Source of the DNA: a candidate division TM6 bacterium GW2011_GWF2_32_72
Lineage (GTDB): Bacteria; Babelota; Babeliae; Babelales; GWF2-32-72
Reading direction: 5' to 3'
NCBI GenBank assembly: GCA_000989525.1
Contig: LBON01000001.1
Span: forward strand, 8,096 to 72,095
DNA length: 64,000 nucleotides
Shown: positions 57,187 through 64,000 of the stretch, piece by piece
Position numbering within the stretch: the stretch's first letter is position 1
Layout: each line of letters begins with the position of its first letter
Notes under the pieces: model-generated
Told to the model about the DNA's origin: nothing
The model's database searches: none
The model's input: only the letters and a program-made list of their open reading frames with translations
Position numbers and translations under genes: made by a program

Positions 57187-58449
57187 ATGAAGATTTCACG
57201 AATCATAGCAAGAGAAATTTTTGATTCTCGTGGATTGCCAACTATAGAATGTTCATTGTTTTTAGAAGATGGAAGGTTTGTTAAATCTTCTGTGCCTTCT
57301 GGGGCCTCCACTGGAAAATTTGAAGCGCATGAATTGCGTGATGGCGGTAAAAGGCTTTTTGGAAAGGGTGTATCTAAAGCAATTAACAATATTGAGTCGA
57401 TTATAGCTCCTGCGTTGATTGGAAAAGAGGTTGACGCTATTTCCACGGATTTGATTTTATTAAATTTAGATGGAACAGATAATAAAAGTAAATTGGGCGC
57501 TAATGCAATTTTGGCTGTTAGTATGGCTGCTTTCCGTGCGCAGGCCTTGGTTCAAGATATGGAACTTTATGAACTTATAGCCCACCTTCACGGCACACCT
57601 GCTGTTTCTATTCCTTTTGCCATGATGAATTTTATTAATGGTGGAATGCATGCAGATAATTTTTTACGCATTCAAGAATTTATGATTTTACCAACTAAAG
57701 GTTCTTCTTTTAGGCAGTCTGTTGAATCTTCCATAGAGGTTTATTACAAGCTTAAAGAGTTATTAAAAGAAAATGAACGCAGTACAGCTATTGGAGATGA
57801 AGGGGGCTTTGCGTCAGAATTTGCAAACGACTTAGAAGCACTTGATTTTTTGGTTGAGGCAATTGCAGCAACTCCTTCTGCAAAAGAAAATGAATTTGGC
57901 ATAGCGTTAGATGTTGCGGCTTCGGAATTTTATAATTCAAAGAAAAAGATATATGACTGGAATGGTAAAATTTTTACATCAGAAGAGTTAGCTAATTTTT
58001 ACATTAGTTTGGTAAATAATTATCCAATATTATCCATAGAAGATGGTTTTGCTGAAGATGATTGGAAAGGCTGGGAGACATTTAACAGTTTGCTTGGCGA
58101 AAAAATTCAAATTGTTGGTGATGATCTTTTTGTAACCAACCCAGAAAGAATACATAAAGGTATCGAAAAAAAGGCTGCAAATGCTTCCATTATCAAACCT
58201 AACCAGATTGGCACCATCACAGAAACGTTACAAGCAGTAAAACTTTGTCAAGAGAATGGTTTTGCAACTGTGATTTCACATAGGTCGGGTGAAACAAATG
58301 ATAGTTTTATTTCTGATTTAGCTGTTGGAACAGCTGCGGGTCAAATAAAGTCTGGCGCCTGTGTCAGAGGAGAGCGTTTAGCAAAATATAATCGTTTATT
58401 GGAAATAGAAGATAGCTTAGTCTTGGGTGAATTAGATAGATTGATATAA
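57187..58449 (+). CDS. eno: Enolase.
   Basis: The N-terminus is MKISRIIAREIFDSRGLPTIE. The enolase signature SHRSGETNDSFISDLAVG is present. Confidence 0.95.
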   Translation: MKISRIIAREIFDSRGLPTIECSLFLEDGRFVKSSVPSGASTGKFEAHELRDGGKRLFGKGVSKAINNIESIIAPALIGKEVDAISTDLILLNLDGTDNKSKLGANAILAVSMAAFRAQALVQDMELYELIAHLHGTPAVSIPFAMMNFINGGMHADNFLRIQEFMILPTKGSSFRQSVESSIEVYYKLKELLKENERSTAIGDEGGFASEFANDLEALDFLVEAIAATPSAKENEFGIALDVAASEFYNSKKKIYDWNGKIFTSEELANFYISLVNNYPILSIEDGFAEDDWKGWETFNSLLGEKIQIVGDDLFVTNPERIHKGIEKKAANASIIKPNQIGTITETLQAVKLCQENGFATVISHRSGETNDSFISDLAVGTAAGQIKSGACVRGERLAKYNRLLEIEDSLVLGELDRLI

Positions 58450-58464
58450 ACGTTTTATAAAATT

Positions 58465-58507
58465 AAATAAGGAGCAAATGTTTTAATCTTTGCTCCTTAT
58501 TTTTTTA
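58465..58507. terminator. Bidirectional terminator between eno and the convergent secretin gene.
   Basis: 12-bp stem ataaggagcaaa/tttgctccttat with a 10-nt loop and a T6 run. Confidence 0.7.
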
Positions 58508-58516
58508 TAAAAATAA

Positions 58517-61249
58517 TCAGGCATTTAAAAAATTGTCATCTTCATCGGCTAATAATTTTTGCAATTGAGCCAACCTTAAATCCTCGGAGTTGCTTTTTGT
58601 TTTTTGAGGTTGTGTTTCGGTTGAATTTTTAATTGTTGATTGCAAAAATTCATTTTCAGTAACGTTTTCTGAAAGCAATTTTTTTAATTGATTTTCTTTA
58701 GCATCGTTTTTTTGTACTGAATTTAAAGATTGTATGGTTGATGGCCACTCTGTATTTAACGCGATATTTTCGATTTTATCTTCAATTTTTTGAATTGCTT
58801 CAATATCTTGCATTTTTTTTACAGAATCAGAGGCGGAAGATTTTTTTGTAGTATTATTTTTATTGTTTATTTTTTCAGCTAATATTTCTGATTCTGATTT
58901 TTCTATATTTTTTTTCAAATGTTTTTCTGTAGACTCTAAACTTTTTTTGAATTTTGTTTCACTTAATCTTGCTTGTTCTTCTCGTGTTTCTTGAGCAAAG
59001 AAATCAAGCCCTGTTTTCATATCAGTTGTTTTTTTGAAGAATACGCGGGTTATTGGATCTTTCATCCCATTAAATAACCCACCTTCATTTTCAGCTTTTA
59101 AAATATTTTGGGTGTACATTTCGGTTGTATTTTCAATGCCGGCTCTAAATTGAGGTAATATTACAGTTGGGGATATAAAGAGAATTAAATTACTTCTGGC
59201 AACTTGTCGTGCCTTATTTTTGAATAAGTATCCAATAATTGGAATACTTCCTAATATTGGGGTTTTGTATTCAATGCTTGTTTCTTTATTTTCAATTAAT
59301 CCACCAATCATAATTATTTCTTTATCATTAACTGTTAGGTTTGTTTTGATGTTTCTATTTGATTGTTCATTATTGGTTGTGCTTAAAAATTGACTGATTT
59401 CTGCAGCGATATTTAAGTTGACTCTGCTTGAATCAATTCCAGTTGCTTCATCTTTATAAGTAACAATTTTAGGTATGATAGTTATCTTTTGTGATGCGGT
59501 AAAGTCGATGTTCGGAATTAAGATGTTTCCTGTTCCTATTGATGTTGCTTCACCTTTAACACGACGACTTTCATAGGATTCAAAATAGGCTTCTTCATTG
59601 TGTGTAGCTATAAAATGTGGATGTCCTAAAATTTGAGAATTAGTTGTTTCTTTAAAAATATTAATTAAGCCCCAAATGCCACTTGGAAATTGGCCACCAG
59701 GTCCATTGTCATTTAATGCTAGCATAGCCGATGTGCCCCAAATGCTTTCTGTTAAGCGTGCGGCATCAGTAATTGGTGTACTTTGTGTTGCAGGAATTGT
59801 TTTGAGTTCATCTGTAGAAAGAGGTACAAATGGTACATCTGGAGACATTGGTTGAACGGGAAAATCCTGCGCAGCCGGTGGTACAAGGTGGGATGTTTGA
59901 TAATCAAATCCGCCTGGCAATTTGATATTATAGTTTTTTCTGATAGCAGCTCCTAATTGGGCCTCATCATCATTGCTTAAATCTACAATTAAAACTTCTA
60001 TAAATACTTGAGACTTCGGTGTATCGATTTCTTCTAATAGGTTTTTTACTATTTGCCAATCTTTATTATTGGCTGCAACAATAAGTCTGTTGCCAACAAG
60101 TGGAATGTCTGTTAACACAAATTCTCCACTTATATCAGCAGATTTGACTTGTTGTTTTTCTATTCCTTTTGCTTCTGATTGAATTACGACGCCTTCAAAG
60201 TATCTTTCTGTTGAGCCTGTTTCTTTTGTCCCTTTAGCTTGCCCCGCCGGAGATTCTTGCTCAGATTTAACTATTCTGTCTAAAATAGGGATTATGTCTT
60301 CAGCTTGAATATATTTAAGTTCATAAACATGTAAAACGGATTTTCCGGAGTCTAAAGGTACATCAATTTGTTTAGCTATAAAGTTTTTAATTTTTTCAAG
60401 TGTTTTTTCTGAACCTAAAACTAAAATTGAATTGAGTCGTGGTATGGCTGTTACCTTTGTGTTCTGTGAAAAATATTGGTTTTCTTGGACCTTTTTACGT
60501 TTTATAATTGGTCCAAATTGTTTTTCTTCTTTTTGTCCAAGAAGGTCTTTAAATAATTCTTCAATATATTTGGCATTGATGTAATTTAATTGGATAATAT
60601 CCATTGATTCAGGTAAGTCAGATCTATCCAGTTCATTTAATATTAAAATTACATTTCTAATGCTTGTTCCCCTGTCTGTTATTATTAGGCTGTTAGATAG
60701 ATTATCGGCTAGAATTGAGGTATTGGGTAGAACATTGTTTAGAATATTTATTAGTTGAGCGCCACCATTTCCTTCTTTACCTAGGTTGATGTTGTTTAAG
60801 TAGAACAAAACTTTGATAATCTCTTCTGTGTTTGGTAAATCTTCGGGTGATTTGGGATTTATATATATGTTAAAAGTTTCTCGCGCAAGTTGATCTTTGG
60901 CCGTTATTTTGATTTCAAAGGTGTCGCCAATATCATTTTGGGGAATCATTTTATAACCAGACATTTCAAGGGCTTGATTTAGAATACTGGTTGCTGCGTC
61001 TAATGTTATTAAGTCTTTTTCTTCGAATGTAAATTTTTGCATGATTGGTTGTTTAGGAAAAATTATGTTTAAATTTTTTTCAGCGGCAATAAAATTTATG
61101 ACATTTGTAAGCGGTTCATTTTTATATTCAAATTTTATTTTTTTTGCTTCATCTGTTTTGTTGATACTGTTTTGTTCAAGATCTGCAGTTGTTCCGAAAA
61201 TAATTTGGCCAAAACAGACGCACAGTCCAAAGTAAATTATTTTTTTCAT
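58517..61249 (-). CDS. pilQ: Secretin (PilQ/GspD family) with a Lys/Glu-rich C-terminal tail of about 200 aa.
   Basis: A signal peptide and N-terminal secretin N-domains precede the C-terminal secretin motif ...IMIGGLIENKETSIEYKTPILGSIPIIGYLFKNKARQVARSNLILFISPTVI. A long charged tail then follows. Confidence 0.8.
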   Translation of the reverse strand: MKKIIYFGLCVCFGQIIFGTTADLEQNSINKTDEAKKIKFEYKNEPLTNVINFIAAEKNLNIIFPKQPIMQKFTFEEKDLITLDAATSILNQALEMSGYKMIPQNDIGDTFEIKITAKDQLARETFNIYINPKSPEDLPNTEEIIKVLFYLNNINLGKEGNGGAQLINILNNVLPNTSILADNLSNSLIITDRGTSIRNVILILNELDRSDLPESMDIIQLNYINAKYIEELFKDLLGQKEEKQFGPIIKRKKVQENQYFSQNTKVTAIPRLNSILVLGSEKTLEKIKNFIAKQIDVPLDSGKSVLHVYELKYIQAEDIIPILDRIVKSEQESPAGQAKGTKETGSTERYFEGVVIQSEAKGIEKQQVKSADISGEFVLTDIPLVGNRLIVAANNKDWQIVKNLLEEIDTPKSQVFIEVLIVDLSNDDEAQLGAAIRKNYNIKLPGGFDYQTSHLVPPAAQDFPVQPMSPDVPFVPLSTDELKTIPATQSTPITDAARLTESIWGTSAMLALNDNGPGGQFPSGIWGLINIFKETTNSQILGHPHFIATHNEEAYFESYESRRVKGEATSIGTGNILIPNIDFTASQKITIIPKIVTYKDEATGIDSSRVNLNIAAEISQFLSTTNNEQSNRNIKTNLTVNDKEIIMIGGLIENKETSIEYKTPILGSIPIIGYLFKNKARQVARSNLILFISPTVILPQFRAGIENTTEMYTQNILKAENEGGLFNGMKDPITRVFFKKTTDMKTGLDFFAQETREEQARLSETKFKKSLESTEKHLKKNIEKSESEILAEKINNKNNTTKKSSASDSVKKMQDIEAIQKIEDKIENIALNTEWPSTIQSLNSVQKNDAKENQLKKLLSENVTENEFLQSTIKNSTETQPQKTKSNSEDLRLAQLQKLLADEDDNFLNA

Positions 61250-61818
61250 TCTTTAACCTCTGTTTCTTCGGAGGATTCTTGGCCTTCAGTTTTAATTGTT
61301 CCAATAGTTATTTCAGCCGTAATTTTAGAACTTCCTTCTTTTTTATTTATTTCAAACTCTTTGGTATAAGCCAGTTTGCTTTTTTTTATGGCATCAAGGA
61401 TGCTAACAAATTGTTTTGTGGTTATGTTTTCAATCGAGGCCTTTAATATAACTTCACTAAATCCATCTTCAAGCTCATTGACAATAGGATTAGTATTTAT
61501 TTCAGATAAATTTAAACTTTTTATAATTTCATTAAACTTTTTCTTAATTACAAAGTCTGGGTTTTTACGCAACATTTCTTCTATTTGATCTTTTTGTGTA
61601 AGAATTAATTTGTATTCTTCTATAACTTTTTGCACATCCAATCTTTGTTCATTTATTTTTTTTAAATTTTTTGTAAGTTTAGATGCACTATTATTATTAA
61701 AATAATATATTGTACTTATTAATATTAAATTTATAAGTATCGTTATGATTATATATTTTTTAGTTTGTTCTTGGTCCAAGTCGTATATTGAGTCAATTAA
61801 TTCGTCGAATATCTTCAT
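61246..61818 (-). CDS. PilO/PilN-like bitopic pilus-assembly protein.
   Basis: 190 aa with a short cytoplasmic N-terminus, one TM (IIITILINLILISTIYYF), a coiled coil and a periplasmic domain. It overlaps pilQ by 4 bp and pilMN by 4 bp. Confidence 0.45.
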   Translation of the reverse strand: MKIFDELIDSIYDLDQEQTKKYIIITILINLILISTIYYFNNNSASKLTKNLKKINEQRLDVQKVIEEYKLILTQKDQIEEMLRKNPDFVIKKKFNEIIKSLNLSEINTNPIVNELEDGFSEVILKASIENITTKQFVSILDAIKKSKLAYTKEFEINKKEGSSKITAEITIGTIKTEGQESSEETEVKE

Positions 61819-63428
61819 AAATATTCCTTGTTGTTTGGATTTTTAAGGGGCATATCTAGTGAAAAACTTTCTTGTTCAAGTGAAATTGGAGTTTTGAAAA
61901 GCTTTGTATCATTTAATTCTTTTTGAAAGTTTTTAATAACACTAAGATCTTTTACAGATCCTTCCAATATTATTCTTTCTTTAGAGATAGCAAGTTTTGT
62001 TATATTAAGTCCGATGCTTTCTTTATCTATATTTGCACAAAGTTTTTCCCAATATTTTAAAAGATCGTTTTGTTGAGAATAAGCAAACCATTTTGTGTTT
62101 TCAGTTTCTAGTTCTTTGGTTGCTTCTTCTAGGGCGCCTTTTAAATTGTTTTTAGAAATTGTTATATTATTGCTTTTTAATTGAGTTAAGGCTTCTTGAG
62201 TAGATTTTTTTATTTCCGCATTTAATTTACTGCTTTTCCAAAATCCGTTAAAAATAATTAGCCCGTAAACCATAATCATAACTATAAAAAGTGTTATTAA
62301 TTGATTTTTTAGAGTTGTCTTTAAAATTTTTTGTTCTTCTATTTTGTTTAAATTGAATTCATTGTAGGTTCTATCTGAAATAGCTGTTGCAGCACTTAAT
62401 AAACCTCTTTGGTTTAATGAAATATCTTTTTTAAACTTAATCCATGTTGCATCTTGTAATTGTTTGAGATTGAAGTGATTACACGTTATTTTTAGATAAT
62501 TGGAAATAAAATTAGTTATATTTTTTATCTCTGCACCACCACCTAAGAGTAAAATTTCTTGAGTTTTGCCAACCAAATTGAGTTTACTTTCAAATGTATC
62601 AAGAGTGAATTTTAGTTTATTAAGAAGCTCTTCGGAGTGTTTTTTTATACTTTCAAATTCTTTATTAGAATTTTGTTCTAAGCCAAATCTGATTATTCGT
62701 TCCATGGCTTCATTTTTTCCTAGCCCTAAATCTTTACCAACAAGTGTTGCGATTAAAGAAATTCCGGTGGGAATAGTTCTTATAAATCTTAGCGTATTAT
62801 TTTCTATGTAGGCGATTCTGGTTGAACTAAGGCCCATATCTATGAGAGCTCTGGGGCCAGTGTAATTAGAAGAAGATGTTTTTTTGAGAATGCCATATAA
62901 GTCAAAAAGATCTACGGTTATTTTAGCGGGTTCTATCCCGGCTTGGCTGAATAAATTTATATGCTCAAGAATGTATTTTTTTTGTACAGCGGCCACAATA
63001 ATATTTGTTATTTTGGCTTTTTTATCTTGTTTGGTTATTAAAAAATCAAAATAAGCATCATCAATTGGAAAGGGTAAAGAGCCTTCAATTTCACTGCCAA
63101 TAACTTTTTGAATTTGAGAGTTATCTATAAAGGGTAGTTCTAATTCTTTAAAGATCATTATAGAGCTTGAAATTGAAGAATAAATTTGTGCATTTTTATT
63201 TGATTTCTCTAATGAATGTTTTATAGCTAGTGCTATTTTTTCTTCATAACTTTGAGCCTCAAATGATTCAATTTCTAATTCTGTGGAGTTTAAAATTGTT
63301 GTTGTTGTTCCGCTAAGTAAAACATCTGTTGAATTAACATGTGTTTTACCAATGTCAAAACCAACTATTATTTTGTCAAATAGGTAGTTTTCATTAATTT
63401 TTTCAGGAAGGAATGGATTTCTTACCAT
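61815..63428 (-). CDS. pilM: PilM (actin-like ATPase fold) fused to a PilN-like TM and periplasmic domain.
   Basis: The N-terminal phosphate loop FDIGKTHVN is present, followed later by LLLGGGAEI. A TM segment (LITLFIVMIMVYGLIIF) and a coiled-coil periplasmic segment follow. Confidence 0.6.
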   Translation of the reverse strand: MVRNPFLPEKINENYLFDKIIVGFDIGKTHVNSTDVLLSGTTTTILNSTELEIESFEAQSYEEKIALAIKHSLEKSNKNAQIYSSISSSIMIFKELELPFIDNSQIQKVIGSEIEGSLPFPIDDAYFDFLITKQDKKAKITNIIVAAVQKKYILEHINLFSQAGIEPAKITVDLFDLYGILKKTSSSNYTGPRALIDMGLSSTRIAYIENNTLRFIRTIPTGISLIATLVGKDLGLGKNEAMERIIRFGLEQNSNKEFESIKKHSEELLNKLKFTLDTFESKLNLVGKTQEILLLGGGAEIKNITNFISNYLKITCNHFNLKQLQDATWIKFKKDISLNQRGLLSAATAISDRTYNEFNLNKIEEQKILKTTLKNQLITLFIVMIMVYGLIIFNGFWKSSKLNAEIKKSTQEALTQLKSNNITISKNNLKGALEEATKELETENTKWFAYSQQNDLLKYWEKLCANIDKESIGLNITKLAISKERIILEGSVKDLSVIKNFQKELNDTKLFKTPISLEQESFSLDMPLKNPNNKEYL

Positions 63429-64000
63429 ATGAGATTTCCTTCATCATTTTGACCATTTTTAGTTAATTTTACTTTTGATTTTGAAGAAGGAAGTTTGTAT
63501 TTTTTCTTCTCTTTTTCTGCTTTTATATTTTTTGCTTTTTGCCCGAGGGATTCAATAGCTTCTGGATGGTTTCTGAAGAACATGTCATTGAAGGCGGATT
63601 CTTTAGGGAAGAAACCTTTTGTTATAGGATCATGTTTTTCAGCCTTTCCAAAAGATTCTTCAAAGGCCTCTTGAGCTTTATCAATATATTTTTGTGTAAA
63701 ATCTGTAATTGTACCTTTTTTATCTTTGGTTACTATTTTTGCTTCTAATAAAACTAGCAAGCTTTCTTTTTCTTTTTCTTTTGATTTGTTTTTAAATAAC
63801 CATCCAATTAATGGAATATCACCCAAGATAGGCACTTTTTTAATAATATCAGATGTTCTTTGTGAAATTTGTCCACCAAGAGCTAAAATTTCTTTATTTG
63901 CCAAGCTTACTTGTGTTTTTAATTTTTTACCGGCCTTGTTACCACTGCTTGCATCTGTGCTTGTAAAATCTTCCATGCTTACGGCAATGTTTAAATTTAT
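63422..64000 (-). CDS. C-terminal part of a second secretin-family protein. The N-terminus lies beyond the window.
   Basis: It carries a secretin C-terminal motif (ILALGGQISQRTSDIIKKVPILGDIPLIGWLFKNKSKEKEKESLLVLLEAKIV) paralogous to the pilQ motif. A Lys/Glu-rich tail follows. The frame is open to the window edge. Confidence 0.6.
   Translation of the reverse strand: MNLNIAVSMEDFTSTDASSGNKAGKKLKTQVSLANKEILALGGQISQRTSDIIKKVPILGDIPLIGWLFKNKSKEKEKESLLVLLEAKIVTKDKKGTITDFTQKYIDKAQEAFEESFGKAEKHDPITKGFFPKESAFNDMFFRNHPEAIESLGQKAKNIKAEKEKKKYKLPSSKSKVKLTKNGQNDEGNLIW

Noticed and set aside
1-64000. Looked for prophage, integrase, transposase, restriction-modification, toxin-antitoxin pairs and CRISPR-cas that would mark a mobile defence island.
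   Set aside because: None of these were recognised in this window.

Overview
This is an AT-rich window (roughly 30-35% GC by eye) from a compact bacterial chromosome with about 90% coding density. There are no rRNA genes, CRISPR arrays, transposases or phage genes.

Housekeeping genes recognised: ndk (partial), nusB, efp, fbaB-type aldolase, an ftsL-like gene with ftsI, trxA, priA, orn, a Ddl-Ddl tandem fusion, ruvA, tRNA-Gly(GCC), jag, mnmE, an SPFH protein, a Pal/OmpA-like lipoprotein, rng, gatB, ung (family 4), nusA, infB, a MraY/WecA-family transferase, nfo, aspS and eno.

Mixed in is a large set of Sec-signal-bearing proteins typical of a host-associated lineage:
- an ankyrin-repeat protein with an NLS-like tail
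- secreted HAD phosphatases in tandem
- a metallophosphoesterase, a double-M16 protease and a clostripain-like C11 peptidase
- several outer-membrane beta-barrel proteins
- TspO

The overall picture fits an obligate symbiont or intracellular bacterium such as Dependentiae/TM6-like organisms or Chlamydiae-like organisms. That assignment is inference only.

Most notable observations:
1. A four-gene operon (10813-17392) of three secreted paralogs, each built from four tandem sCache_2 ligand-binding domains with no transmembrane or output domain, plus a dedicated outer-membrane beta-barrel. This is a candidate undescribed periplasmic binding/uptake or surface-sensing system.
2. Two inverted arrays of perfect TTATCCACA DnaA boxes at 11-bp spacing (45211-45417), followed by an AT-rich unwinding element and coinciding with a sharp switch in strand GC skew. 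This is a probable oriC, with no dnaA gene adjacent.
3. A type IV pilus-like operon at the right edge with two secretin genes flanking a pilM-pilN fusion and a pilO-like gene, both secretins carrying long Lys/Glu-rich C-terminal tails.
4. A MITE-like element of about 230 bp with 40-bp terminal inverted repeats, present in two copies.
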